Source: the human T2T-CHM13v2.0 reference genome, Homo sapiens
Assembly (NCBI RefSeq): GCF_009914755.1
Contig: NC_060948.1
Direction: 5' to 3' (one strand)
Length of the DNA stretch: 64,000 nt
How positions within the stretch are numbered: position 1 is the stretch's first letter; every line of letters starts with the position of its first letter. Position numbers and translations under genes: made by a program. Positions 10,975-25,406 of this stretch are shown here, one piece after another. Below the pieces are notes generated by a model. That model saw nothing but the letters and a program-made list of their open reading frames with translations. It was not told the DNA's origin and made no database searches.

Positions 10975-12245
10975 AACTTCACCTCCAGGACATTGGATGG
11001 GGCAAAGATTTCCTGAGTTATACCCCATAAGCACAGGCAACTGAAGCAAAAATAGACAAACAGGATTACATCAAGTTAAAAAGCTTCTGCACAGCAAAAG
11101 AAACAATCAACGAAGTGAAGTGATGATGCACAGAATAGGAGAATATATTTGCAAATTATCCACCTGGCAAGAGATTAAAAGCCAGAATATATAAGGAGTT
11201 CAAACAATGCAATAGGAAATAACTCTAATAATCCGATTAAAAATAGGGAAAATATTTGAATGAGTGTCTTACAAGTGGCAAACATGCATATGAAAGGGTG
11301 TTCAACAACATTAATTATTAGAGAAATGCAAATCAAAACTACAATGTAATATCATGTCACTCCAGTTAAAATGGCTTCTACCCAAAATACAGGCAATAAT
11401 AGATGCTGTTGAGGATGCAGAGAAAACAGAATCCTGTATGCTCTTGGTGGGGATGTAAATTAGTACAACCACTATGGAGGACAGTTTGGAGGTTCCTCAA
11501 AAAACTAAAAACAGAGCTAATACATGGCCCAGCAATCCCACAGCTGGGTATATACCCCCTGACAAAGGAAATTCATATATTGAAGAGATATCTGCACTCT
11601 CATGTTTACTCCAGCGCTACTCAATATAGCCAAGATTTGGAAGCAACCTAGGTATCTATTACCAGGTGTATGGATAAAGAAAATGTGGTACATATAAACA
11701 ATGGAGTACTTACTATTCAGCTGTAAAAACCACTAAGAGTTTATTATTTGAAACAACATGGAGGAAACTGCAGATCATTATGTTAAGCAAAATAAGCCAG
11801 GCACAGAAGACAAATATCATATGTTTTTACTTATATGTGGTAGCTAAAAATTAAAACAATTGAACTCATTTAGACAGAGAGTAGAAGAACAATTACCAGA
11901 GGCTGAAAAGGTTACTTAGGAAGTGGGGGATGGGGAATGTTAATGGGTACAAAAACACAGTTAGAAAAAGTGAATAAGACCTAGTATTTCATAGCACCTC
12001 AGGGTGACTATAGTCAACCATACTTTATATATTTTTAAATAACCTTTGTACAAATAAAAATAACTAAAGGAGTATAATTAGCCTGTTTTTAACACAAAAA
12101 ATAAAAAATAAATGCTTTAGGTGGTGGATACCCCATATACCCTCATGTGATTATTGTACATTATATGCCTGCATCAAAATATCTCATTTATTCCAGAAAT
12201 ATGTACACCTACCTACAAAAATTATAAATAAATTTAAAAAATAAA
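10975..12245 (+). mobile_element. L1 (L1MA-type) 3' end
   Basis: ORF2 C-terminal remnant (ORF 11403-11651 [19 protein letters not shown]) plus 3' UTR and A-rich tail. Confidence 0.9.
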
Positions 12246-13309
12246 AACAGCCTTATCTTGGTCATACCATATTTATATGAGTGACAAAGAGAAACTGATA
12301 AAATAGTAAGAAAATAAATGTACTTTCAATATTTGTATCAGTGGTGAACTTATTCCTGTAATAATAACACTAAAGTTACATATGCTTTTTAACACTGCAA
12401 AACAAATAACTGCTGAGTTACAAAGTAAATATTTGACAACAATGTTAGTCTTCGACCAAAACAGCAAACAGCTTGTAAAAAATATTTCATTTCATAGTTA
12501 TTGTGTACCAATTTAACTACTAAAAATGCCACTTGTTTATGCTTCCTGGCTGTTTTTCTTTTCTTTCTGTATATCAATCATGTGTTACACATCCTGTACA
12601 TTTTCCATTCCATGCTTGATGTGTAAAAAAGAGTGGATTTTTATCTAAATCATGAAAGCATAAAACTTTGAGGTGTGTTTTAATGTTTTTGATATCCCAT
12701 TTTTATATTTGCCTTTTACATGTGAGTAGATATCTGATCTGGCGATCATAGTCAAGTTTCGTTAGGAGCACATTGATAATAATAGAAGAAAAATTTATAC
12801 TGGGATTTCTCTACATTTCAGGTCCTTGAAAATGATGCTTTCTAGTTGAGGTCATATTTGTTCATTTCTGTGTTTATCTCTTACCCACTAATACAATTTA
12901 TTGGTCATTATCAATCTTATTTTAGTTTTGAACTTTAAATTTTTATCTATTTATACAGGCTAGGAATTACACTCTTCTTCACCCTTCTTAATTTACATGG
13001 TCTCATTATCCGTATAATGCATAGATTAAAAATGACAAGATCGATAAGCTAGAAAATTTCCATACAGAATGCAAATTATAACTAACTGTTCACTATGTAT
13101 TTTCTTTATCTTCAATGGAATGGAATTTTCATATAAATAAAAATAAAATCAACGTATAAGCATATAATACTCCCGAGCATTCTCTTTATGAACCAGAGAT
13201 GAAAATGACTCTGGTTAATTGGTGAAAGAAATGCAGATTATGAGAAAAAGCATAGGACTCAAAATCAAGAAAACACAGTCTGTATAGCTGCTCTGTATTA
13301 GAAAGAATC

Positions 13310-13365
13310 ACCATTCGACCAACATTAATTGAGCATCTACTATGTGCAATGCACTGTGCTAAGAT
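13310..13365 (-). mobile_element. L2 3'-end fragment
   Basis: attgagcatctactatgtgcaatgcactgtgctaag. Confidence 0.55.
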
Positions 13366-13766
13366 TTAGAATCTCTATGCCTTACCCCAAGCCTTTGCCT
13401 AGAACTTTCAGAAACACTTTTCTCCAACTTTTAGGTTGCCAACTTCCAGAAAATGAATATCTGTAAAACCACAAGCAGAAATTTGAAAATATTGTTAGAT
13501 TTATTTCTGTATGCCTTTGCACCTCAGTCTCTTAGATAATTTCCAATCTTCAAATTTCCAACAATTTCAATGTTTAAATTCTCAGTGCTAATATGCAAAC
13601 TTCAAACACTATTTCATTAGTCCTTCACTTATGAAAACAGCAATGCTGGAAGGAAGTTTCTTTTTGTTTTGCAGACTAGAAACTTCCAAGGTCTGCTCAA
13701 ATATTGGGGACAGCAGGTGAGGCTGGTGATTTAGCCTCTAATTCACTAAATTTACTGTGTCCTACT

Positions 13767-13868
13767 TTTTTTTTTTTTTTTTTTTTCTGAGACAGGGTCT
13801 CACCATGCTGCCCAGGCTGGTTTCAAACTCCTGAGCTCAAGTGATGCCCCAGACTCAGCCTCCTGAGA
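13767..13868 (-). mobile_element. Alu monomer (FLAM/AluJ left arm), 5' truncated
   Basis: Poly-T, gagacagggtctcacc...ctcagcctcc; TSD-like tgtgtcc(t/c)actttt on both sides. Confidence 0.85.
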
Positions 13869-13950
13869 AGGTGGTGTGTCCCACTTTTGAAAGCACCTTC
13901 TGCTTTTATTACATACTTTTATTATGTACTTCTTCTATTAATACATATAT

Positions 13951-13954
13951 ATGA

Positions 13955-13988
<34 letters not shown>
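13951..13988. repeat. (TG)n(GA)n microsatellite
   Basis: Directly visible. Confidence 0.9.
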
Positions 13989-14504
13989 ATAAAGCAAAAT
14001 GTAATTATGACTTTCCTTTCTAAACTAAGCAGTGATACCAGAAAGATTCACCAATAAAAGCAAAAAAGTAACTCTGTCTCATTATTTGCAACTATTTTTC
14101 TGCTACAGGAGCTGTGTACTATTTATTTTATATCCTCTATATGTAGCATTCCACTTGGCAATTCATGCATTTTTAAAGAAAAAAAAAGAATACTGAAACA
14201 TAGCCACATTGTGGTTGGGTATTTGAAACAAAAATCACCAACTGGATTTTTATTTTGCAATACAATCTATTATGGAAACCTTTTGAAATATAAAATGCTT
14301 ATATTTGAAAATAAATTCCTCTGTCAAACAAAGGCTTCAGTTTATACTCTGCGTTGAAGGTGGTTACAGATCTGAGTACTTCCTATTCAGCCAACTTTTA
14401 AATTAAGAAGGGAAATCTGAGTCCCCACAGAACTCTAAACATCATGTGGTTTCATTCCCTGCAACTTAGGGAATACCAAATAGAAACAGTTAGTCAATAA
14501 ATTT

Positions 14505-14990
14505 TTTATTGTGGCTGGTTATTAATGAGAATTTTCAGCACCAATTTTAGAATTTTCATTTATTTTCTAGATTTTTGCATTAAAAATGCTGGTGGAACCC
14601 AGTGTTCAATGTCCTTTCTAACCACACATATGCATCCGTGTCAGTGAACTTTGAAGTGGCCTATGCATCCTTTATTGTGGCTGGTTACTAGTGAGCACTT
14701 TCTGCACCCAATTTTAGAATTCATGAGTATTTTCTAGTATTTGCATTTTAAAAATGTGGATAGAACACACTGTTCAATGTCCCTTCTACCTACACCTAGA
14801 CATCCTGTGTCAGTGAACTTTGAGGTGCTCTATACATTCTTTATTTTGGCTGGTAATTAATGAGTACTTTCAGAATCCTATTTTAACATTTGTGTGTATT
14901 TTCCAGTTTTTGCATTTAGAAACATTCTGGTGGAACCCACTGGTCAATATTCCTTCTATGCACATATAGACAACCTGTGTCAGTGAACTT
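14505..14990. repeat. Tandem triplication of a ~167-bp unit
   Basis: tttatt(g/t)tggctgg at 14505, 14671, 14840; tgtcagtgaactt in each unit. Confidence 0.9.
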
Positions 14991-15270
14991 CAATGCTGCT
15001 GATTAGTTTTTTTTTCCAGCATAATATTTGACCTTTGTCATTGCTACTGTAACTCCATTTTTTTCATCTTCTTTGACTAACTGAAGAATAAAGTATTGTG
15101 AGAATTTTGAAGCTAACATTTCTATAAGACTACATTTATGTCGCTGTGCCCTTTAGGAAATGCTTTGAAGAAAATTGCAGCATGGGGTCATAGGATTCAA
15201 GGACTAAATGTGACAATCATGCCATCTTCAAACTTTAGGTAAACCCAGATCCATCTTTATGTATCACTTA

Positions 15271-15670
15271 CGTTAAATCAAATTTAGCCTAAAGCTGCCT
15301 CCTTACATATTTTAAGTTCAGCCTAAAGTCTTCTCTTTATATCTTGAACTATAACACCTAAAGAAAGTTGTAAGCAGACTGTAGTCTACTCTTGTGCCAA
15401 TCACTGAGTTTTGGCCAATCAAAGGTGGCCAACTGTTCAAATTGTGTTGAAATAACACAGACACTGAGCTGTAATCAATCCAGCTGTTTCTGTACCTCAC
15501 TTCCATTCCCATACATCACTTTCTTTTTTTCTGTCCATAAATCTTCTAACACGTGGCTGTGCTAGAGTCTCTAAGCCCAGTCTGGCTCAGGAAGCAACCT
15601 GATTGGCAAATCATTCTTTGCTCAGCTAAACTCTGTTAAATTTAATTCAGCTAAAGTTTTTCTTTGAACA
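15271..15670 (+). mobile_element. MER57-family solo LTR
   Basis: gttaaatcaaatttagcctaaagctgcctcc...aaactctgttaaatttaatt...aaca. Confidence 0.8.
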
Positions 15671-16012
15671 CTTGATATATACTATATTTATTACTGAGTA
15701 AACATCCTATGTATTTCTTCAGAGAATATTCCCAATCATTTCTGTCTAATGGGAGCATACTAGCTAACTCTGTCTATTCCCTAATGATCTCATTTTTACA
15801 AAAACACTTTAATATTTCTCACAGCAAATATTGCATTAAACAGAAATTATATGAAGATTATGAACAAATTAGGACAATGAAGAGATATTCTCTTCATCAG
15901 CATGATACCCTTTAAAATTTATTGGCAAAACTGGCTGTAATAGTTGCAGAGCATGGTGAAAAACGAAAATGGAAAATGAAGATTATTCATGAATTATAAA
16001 GAATTTCAAGAA

Positions 16013-16280
16013 GGCCAAGCATGGTGACATATGCCTGTAATCTCAGTATTTTGAGAAGCCAAGACAGGTGGATCACTTGAGGTCTGGAGTTCAAGACCAG
16101 CCTGGCCAGCATGATGAAATCCCGTCTCTACTGAAAAAAAAAAAAAATACAAAAAAACAAAAATTAGCTGGGTGTGGTGGTGAATGCCTATAGTCTGCAG
16201 TGAGATGAGATCATGCCACTGCACTCCAGCCTGGTCAATAGACAGGCACTCTATCTAAAAAATAAAAAATAAAAAAATTC
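16013..16280 (+). mobile_element. AluS with right-arm deletion
   Basis: Alu dimer; cctatagtc joined directly to tgcagtgag. Confidence 0.9.
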
Positions 16281-16626
16281 AAAAAGCAGTGAGCCTTAAA
16301 CCAAGCACAGTGTCCTTCTAAGTGTGGGCTCCTGTGAGATCTCTGAAATCTGACCCTGTTTCAAACAATTTGAGATAGACTTCATAGCAGAGAAGGACAC
16401 TTGACATAGACATAGTAATAAACAAATATGATAATAGAAATTGGTAAATTTGAATACATTGAGCCATTGGTTGGCATCAAGGAGGCTCCTCATTGATGTG
16501 GGGGACAACTAGCTTCATGAAATTCATATAGAGACAGATTCCACAGAGGCAAGAGATCCTTATGAGTCCCAGAACTTGAGTTAGTCCCACTGTTTCCCAT
16601 GGTTTAAGATTATGCTTCATTGGTAT

Positions 16627-17365
16627 TGAAACAGTAGAGTACCCTGAGCCCCCTCACATGACATGCAACAGGGATGTGGCTTGTCTGTTAGGCTGCTGTG
16701 TACAGGAAAACCCCTTTCAGAAGGAGGGGCACCCCGATGGGCAGGTGCAGGAGCTGGGGTAAGCACTTTTGGGCTTTGGCCCCACAATAGCATCCAGGGG
16801 TGAGTGCCTGTGACTCCAGAAGCTACATTTCTCTTTTAGCTCTGCTGTCTGCAGATGGCTTAAGTGTTAAGAAGCTCAGTGATCTCTTCGTACCTGGGTT
16901 CTTGTCTAGCGTCCAGGAAGAATCCAGGTCACATGGACAAATCGAATGATGGTAAATGTGGGGGACTTCATTGCCCAATGGAGGTGGCTCTCAGTGGGAT
17001 GATGGGGAGCTAGAGAGGGCAAGAAGTGGAAAGATGATCTTCCCCTAGAGTTCAACCATCCTGCAGTTGTTTTCCTCTCTGACCATCCCCAGCCAAACTT
17101 CTTTCAATGTTCAGACACTCCTTCTCTTCTACACCATTCTTCTGCTCCTCTGCAATTCTGCTCATGGAGCCCGGGGTTTGGGGTGTATATGGGTTCAGGA
17201 TAGGGGGGTACGGTGGGCAAAAAGGCAACATTTGGGAGAGAAAACAGGAATGCCTGTTCCCATTTAGTCCCACAAATTTCCAGGCTTGAGGGTGGGGCTT
17301 TTGCCAGTAAATCACTGTATAATACTGCCAGGAGGCCAGTATTTCTTTGCCTCCTGTCTGTATCA
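16627..17365 (-). mobile_element. LTR1/MER52-group ERV1 solo LTR
   Basis: Reverse complement starts TGATACAGACAGGAGGCAAAGAAATACTGG; contains aaagccccaccctcaagcctggaaa. Confidence 0.75.
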
Positions 17366-17449
17366 GTATCTAACCTGCTAGCTAATTGATCCAGAACAAA
17401 GCCTGATCTCCACATAGTCCCTAAAAGTATTTTGTCATCAATATTGATA

Positions 17450-17940
17450 TTGAGCTATAGTTGCCAAACAGCCCAGTATTGGTATAAAAGTAGACACATA
17501 GGCCAATGGAACAGAATAAAGAATCAAGAAATAGTGCAAACTACAACCAACTGATCCTTTGACAAAGCACATAAAAAAACAAATTGCGAAAAGAACACCC
17601 TGTTTAATAAATGGTGCTGGGAAAACTGGATAGCCACGTGTGTAAGTATGAAACTGGGTCCCTATCTCCCACTGTATACAAAAAATAAACTCAAGATGGA
17701 TCAAAGACTTAAATCTAAGACCTGAAACCGTAAAAAATCTTAGAATAATACCTAGGAAAACCCTTCTAGACATTGGCTTAGGCAAAGACTTCATGAAAAA
17801 GATCGACAGTGCAACAAAAACAAAGATAAATAGGTGGGACTTAAACTAAAGACACTTCAGACTTCAGTGTTATAAAGTTCATCCATGAACTGTAAATATA
17901 CTTGTACCCCCAAAGCTATTAAAATAAAATAAAAAAAGTA
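17450..17940 (+). mobile_element. L1PB-like fragment, internal deletion joins ORF2 to the terminal 3' UTR
   Basis: aataaatggtgctgggaaaactgg, ttctagacattggcttaggcaaag; ends cttgtacccccaaagctattaaaata. Confidence 0.85.
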
Positions 17941-17959
17941 AAAATTGTCCCTGAGTGTT

Positions 17960-18692
17960 GTACTAGTCCGTTCAGGCTGCTATAACAGAATGCCATAGAC
18001 TGATTGACTCAAACAATGGGAATTTATTTCTCAAGGTTTACACAGCTGGAATGTCCATAATCAAGTAGTCCATTGATTTGGTTACTGGTGAGAAGTCTCT
18101 TCTTGACTTGCAGATGGCTGACTTTTTGCTGTACCCTCCAATGGCAAAGGGGGAGAAAGGAAGAGAGGGTGGGCAGGAAGAGACAGAGACAAAGACACAC
18201 AGAGAGAAAAGAGAGACAGATACACACAGAGAGAGAGAGAGAGAGGGAGAAGAAAGAGAACCAGGGAGACAGAGGAGAGAGAGAGAAAGAGACAAAGAGA
18301 AGGGAGAAAGAGACAGAGAAGAGAAAGACCGAGAGAAAGGAGGAGGGGAAGAGAGAAGAGGGGAAAGAGAGAACAGAAAGAGAGAAGACAGAGAGAGTAG
18401 CGGAAAAAGAGGAGAGTTAAAAACAGAAGAGAGGAGAGAGACAGAGACAGAGAGGAGAGGGAATGGAGATGCAGAGAGTAGATGGAGAGAGAGATAGAGA
18501 GAGAGAGAAACACTCTTATGTTTTTTCCTCTTCTCATAAGGACACATCCCATTATGGGGGCCCCATCCTCATGACCTTATGCAAACTTAATCACCTTCCA
18601 AAGGCCCCACTTCCAAACAGCATCCTATCAGGGGTTAGGGTTTCAACATAGGAATTTGGGGTGGGGCCAGCACAAACATTCAGTCTGTAACA
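17960..18692 (-). mobile_element. MLT1A-like MaLR LTR with expanded GA-rich tract
   Basis: caggctgctataacagaatgccatagactg...acaaacattcagtctgtaaca; (GA)-rich 18150-18510. Confidence 0.8.
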
Positions 18693-19169
18693 CGAGTTCA
18701 TGTGGGAATCACAGTACCTTCCAAAAGAGAGATGCGAGGTAATAAAGGTAATTGGATAAAATGAGATCATTAACAGATCAAAAGGTTCAGAAAAGAAAGG
18801 CCCAACTGCACCACACGTGCCACCCCGATTCAGGACCTACATTTAATCCCAGTGGATTAACACACAGAAGAATCTCTGATCTGCTTCGGTTCAGAAAAAA
18901 AAAAAAAACTCTTGAGTTTTTTTTTCTTATGTTTCTCTGAGTGGAGCATAGAATTGTAGACACTCAGGTTGAGGTGAATATGGAATGGTCACATCCTCCT
19001 GCTAAAAATCTCTTCTTGGTATCTCCCCTCCCTCCAGCACAAGCCAATGTTCCTGCCTCAGGCAATATTAGCACACAAGACAATGTGCACCTTCATTTAG
19101 GCAGCCAAATGCCCAAGGCAGGAACTTGTTGCTCTATAAGAAGCAAGAAAGAGGTTGGGGCCATAGAAG

Positions 19170-19940
19170 TGTGAATCAAAAGTATCTGAGACAGGCCTCA
19201 ATCAATTTAGAAAGTTTATTTTGCCAAGGTTAATGACACTCCCAAGACACTGCCTCAGGAAGTCCTGACGATGTGTGCCCAGGGTGGTTGGGGCACAGCT
19301 TGGTTTCATACATTTAAGGGAGACATGAGATATCAATCAATATGTGTAAGATGTACATTGGTTCAGACCAGAAAGACTGGCCCACTCAAAGTGGGGAGGG
19401 AAGATGAGGGGGCTTCCAGGCCATGGGTAGATAAGAGACAAAAGGTTGTATTCTTTTGAGTCTTTGATCAGCCTTTCACTGACTATAAAATTTACATGTG
19501 GGAGTGACGTAGATGAATAGTCACTTATACCATAGTCTGGCTCAGATAATCTGCATTTCTGCATAAACAATTGAGCAGGAGAAGCAACCAGATATGTATT
19601 TTTCTCAATTAACCAGAGTGATGACTTTCTGTCCTGAAATTATGATGATAGGCTATCCATTTACATTGCCAGTGTGAAATTCAACAGAACTCTGTTTTTA
19701 GGGTAAACATCTTGAGGCCCACAAGGACTTTCCTTGCAGGCAAATTGTGAGGGAGATATGTAGCTTTTTATATCTTTGTGGCTATCTTATTTGGGAATAA
19801 AATGTGAGGCAGGTTTGTCTGATGCAGTTCCCAGATTGATTTTTCCTTTTGACTTACTGATATCACTATTTTATATTTATTTATTTATTTATTTTTATAT
19901 TTTTATAATTTTTATTTTTTAAATTTATTTTTCTTTCACA
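19170..19940 (-). mobile_element. MER4A-like LTR
   Basis: tatctgagacaggcctcaatcaatttagaaagtttattttgccaagg; ends tttcaca. Confidence 0.8.
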
Positions 19941-20089
19941 GAAGCCTTTGTCAAAGATGCCGTTATTGGTGGAAGAAATGCATTTTAGAGGTGTCTCTTT
20001 GCTTTGGAAAATGGTAACAGGGAAACTAAGGTCAACCAAAGCCCTTTAGTAAAATTTGGCAACCTTCTAAGAATGAGGCCAGGTTGAGC

Positions 20090-20315
20090 TTGGAACCCTC
20101 ATTCCAGGGAAACTAGTGGAGGACCAAGTTTAATGGCCATAATCACTTCAGTTCAGGAAAACCAGTTGGTTAGAGAGATGTTCTGCCATGATCACCTCTG
20201 TCCAGGGAAACCAGTCCATGTTACAGATGTTAGTCCCTGATCCCTTCGGTCCTGGAAAAGCAATCCATGATCAAGAAGGCAGGCTGTGCCTGCTTTGGTC
20301 CAGTGAACACAATTA
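20090..20315. repeat. Degenerate 49-bp-period minisatellite (about 4.5 units)
   Basis: tccagggaaaccagt-like core at 20103, 20152, 20201, 20250, 20299. Confidence 0.75.
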
Positions 20316-20793
20316 TGACGGACCTAGAATATTTATTTCTAGTTAAGAATAAGTGCACATAGTTACTTGAGTTATTCATTTTCAGATAGGTTTATGACTG
20401 CTTAGAAAAAAAATCCCATGTTTAAGAAAACATAGGATCAGTAGTATGTGAGTGGGCTTTCTGTTGTTGGGTCGCTATAATTTTCAACTTTTGCATTTGA
20501 TCAGGGAGGTTTACTACAGGCCAAAAGTCATGTGAAGGCTGGTTTTGTGTTTTTCCATTGCATTAAGTGTGATCTTATTTTTCTTGCTATTTAGAAGAAT
20601 TTATTCTCTGGGGTTTTAATTGAGGATCTACTGACATACCTGGTTCATTCTTGTCATGAAAATTGTTTGATAACCATAGTTTTTCATAGTATTTTAAATC
20701 AGAGACTTTGTATTTGGCTATATGAAACCTTTTTTTATTTTTAAAAGAAAGTTGATAATGCCATTCTTTTATTTTTACTGCAATCTCCTTTAA

Positions 20794-21142
<349 letters not shown>

Positions 21143-21144
21143 AA

Positions 21145-21311
21145 TTTTTTGTTGTTGTTTTTAAGAGATGATGTCTCATTCTGTTGCCCGGGCTGGGGTG
21201 CAGTGGCATGATCATAGCTCACTGTCACCTCAGTCTCCTGGGTTAAAGTGAGTTTCCCACCTTCACCTCCGGAGTCACTGATATTACAGACTTGAGACAC
21301 TGTGCCTGGCA
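21145..21311 (-). mobile_element. AluJ right arm/FRAM monomer
   Basis: gatcatagctcactg, AluJ/FRAM-type. Confidence 0.8.
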
Positions 21312-23047
21312 CACAGGTGTGATTCTTAAGGAATCCTCATACACTTGCTCAAGACATGTTATCAGGATCTAGACGTTGTCTGATAATTGTATTCTCCTGG
21401 AATCATGGTCACAGTTGCACAGGCATTCACAGGTGCTTTCTTCTCTGATCATAATCAAAGAGTCAGGACATAATAGAGGATCCAATTTAGAAAGGCTCAG
21501 CTTTAAACAGTAATGGAAAAATTTATGGGTGACAGGAAAAACACAAAAGGGTCAACTTGCTACTGGAATACTTGCTTCAAGTTGAGTAAGTTTAAAGGAA
21601 AGAAAAAATGAAAAAAAAACCTGAATAATTTCTGTTGCAAAAATTGGAAGCATTTATTTGAAGACAGATGTTAGAAATTTTAAATTCCAAGATATCCATT
21701 TCTTATTCAGTTTAGATATGAACCTCTCTCTAAACGCAGCCCAAAATGAAAGACCAAAAACAACAATGGCAACTACACCAGTAATAACTTCTACTGAGCT
21801 CTGAGCCACCTACCCCAGAACCCATCTCTTACATAAATAGGAAGATATTTTTGCATATAATTTTCCTCAATTAAAAATAATATTTCCTGGAGATTTCCAA
21901 AGAAATATTTGGCAGCATAAACTAAACAGTGATTAGGAATCCTCTGGTGATCTATGAAAATGTCTTTGAGGACTATGTGGCCATGGATTAACCCGCAGGA
22001 ATAGCTTGCTTGCATGTCAGAATGTAAATTCTAACTTTCCACCCAGTAACAAGCGTATTCCCTTCCAACACGAGCATGCTGCACGGTTTTCCTACTAGTA
22101 AGTACCATCTTTATTTAAAGAAATACCTGCTCATTATCAGAAACCACCAATTTCTCTCAGTTGTCTTGTTTACCTGCTGAACAACCCCAGAAGACATGCC
22201 TAAACCATGTGCTTGGCACTGAATAAATACTCGTTGGGTCAATAGGTGAATTTATCTATGAGACAACTAATTCAAAAAATGTACATTTTTCCTGTTGACT
22301 AAGTCTTCATTAAATCACCAAGATATTTTCTTATTACCTATGTTCATTTTAGCTAAAAAATTTCAAGTTATGTTTTTTACCTAAATAGGCTTTCCTGCAG
22401 GACAGTGGTTCTGAACATGTGATTGGTATGTAAAGCCCAGAGTGTCATGGAGACCCGCTCAGGGAAACTGGCAGGTCAGAAGTATTTTCATAATAATATG
22501 AAGACATTATTTTCCTTTCTCACTGGATTGACATTTACCTGATGCTGCAAAAGCTAGTGACTTAGCATGGATGAAAGCAGTGGCACTAAGCCTTATTGGG
22601 TGTCATTTCATTCTTTTATTTCTGGCACTGACAGTAAAACAAATAAACAAACAAAAAAGAAAACAAAATTTACCTAAGGACATCCTTTGTGAAATCAGTG
22701 CATTCAATTATTACATACGTATTGACACACCACTGAGTACTCATCTTTTTACAATGGAACATGGATTTTACCAGAATATGAGAATGATAACCTAAGTTAC
22801 TTCTGATTTTCAGTCTTGGGTAGATATTTTCTCTAAAATTAAGTGAGTTCCTCACTTCAAGAAAAACAACTAACAGCATTTGTTGGCAGTGATGCATTTG
22901 GACTTGCAAGAGAACCATAGTATTTTGGGAAAATTGCATTCAATACTATAAGCTAGACAATTTTCCAATACATAAAGGCTATTTCTGACTACATCAATGG
23001 TGCCTAGCACATGTGATTTTTTTTATATTGCATAATAAAAATTTGTC

Positions 23048-23368
23048 AGCAGAGCGCAGTTGCTTATGCCTGTAATCCCAGCACTTTGGGAGGCCGAGGC
23101 GGGCAGATTATGAGGTCAGGAGATCAAGACCATCCTGGCTAACATGGTGAAACCCTGTCTCTACTAAAAATACAAAAAAAAAAAAAAAAAAAAATTTGCT
23201 GGGCAGTAGGGCGGGTGCCTGTAGTCCCAGAACTCGGGAGGCTGAGGCAGCAGAATAGCGTGAACCTGAGAGGTGGAGCTTGCAGTAAGCCGAGATCGCG
23301 CCACTGCGTTCCAGCCTGGGTGACAGAGCAAGACTCCGTCTCAAACAAAAAAAAAAAATTAATAAAAA
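23048..23368 (+). mobile_element. AluY-like
   Basis: gagatcaagaccatcctggctaac, gagcttgcagt; TSD aaaa(t/g)ttgtc. Confidence 0.9.
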
Positions 23369-23642
23369 AAAGTTGTCAAAATCTGCAAGATTGGCAAAAC
23401 ATAGGAAAGGAATATTTTCCAGGTGACTATTGTATGATGTTACATAATCATGCGTGGTTAAAACAGCCCCTTGAAAATGCAATAGGTAATTAATATAGTT
23501 ATTTATATTACTGTAACAGAATAAGAAAAGTTCATTGATAATGATATCAGAGTCCATATGGCAATCTAAAATTTCTTTAAGAAACTACCATTTGTTGCGT
23601 TTTGGTATAGTATCAAACCCCGACTACCTGCAAAGACTATTA

Positions 23643-24413
<771 letters not shown>

Positions 24414-24496
24414 AATCATTTCAACAGACTGAACACAGAAGATAAGGGAGTTCATCTGTCCTTTATTAAACCAGACATTTAAAAAATTTGCAAACA

Positions 24497-24797
24497 GGCC
24501 GTGCACACTGGCTCATGCCTGCAATCCCAGCAATTTGAGAGGCCAAGGCGGGAGGATCAGCTGAGGTCAGGAATAGAAGACCAGTCTGGCCAGCATGGAG
24601 AAACCCCATCTCTACTAAAAATACAAAAATTAGCTGGGTGTGATGGTGCACACCTGTAATCCCATGTACTCAGGAGGCTGAGGCAGAAGAATCAATTGAA
24701 CCTGGGAGGCAGATGTTGCAGTGACCTGAGATCATGCCACTGCACTCCAGCCTGGGCGTCAGAGCAGGACTCTATCTCAAAAAAAAAAAAAAAAAAG
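24497..24797 (+). mobile_element. AluSx-like
   Basis: Full dimer with poly-A; TSD ending ttgcaaaca. Confidence 0.9.
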
Positions 24798-25406
24798 AAA
24801 TCTTGCAAACATGTAAAAGAATGCCATACTTCTCAGTATTTTTTTTTTATTTTTTGCCTTGAAACATGTAGTTATTTTCACCAAAATATGGTGTTTATTA
24901 ATTTGTAATATTTATTATTGCCATTTTAAAATTAGTTTATATATATTTTTAATTCTCAGTTTTAACATACACAGTGGTACATATTGGACAGGTAAATCTA
25001 CATCAACTAATCTCTCTCAAAAAGTTTGAAGAATGTAAAGAGATTTTAGGGAGTTTGATAAATGCTACTCAGGAATATACTTGACCTGTTAGAAGCTTTT
25101 ATAAATTTATTTTGTTCTCAATTTCTGCCACTCTGCTTGAGTCTTAAATGTGTCTTGGGAGGGTCAGATTTGCTTTAAAGGATACTCCAATCCTAAAACT
25201 CACATGGGATTCCTACTATCTGATGGTTTAATCTACTTTTTCATTCAGTAACTTCTAACTGATACCAAAAACTACAGTGAACCAGTTTCTGTGTTGTTTT
25301 GACTCCACTGATCCTTCTGCTTGTTTCCATCATTTGTTCTTCACAATTGCCCACCGAGGTAAGCGGTAGCAAGATTTTGATAAAAATTCAAGTCAGGCTA
25401 AGAAAC

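Noticed and set aside
14505-14990. Alpha satellite
   Set aside because: Similar unit length but no alphoid motifs or CENP-B box
18024-18552. Overlapping 115-169 aa ORFs
   Set aside because: Products of a GA/TC low-complexity tract
20090-20315. CRISPR array
   Set aside because: Human DNA, degenerate repeats, partly related spacers, no cas genes; treated as a minisatellite
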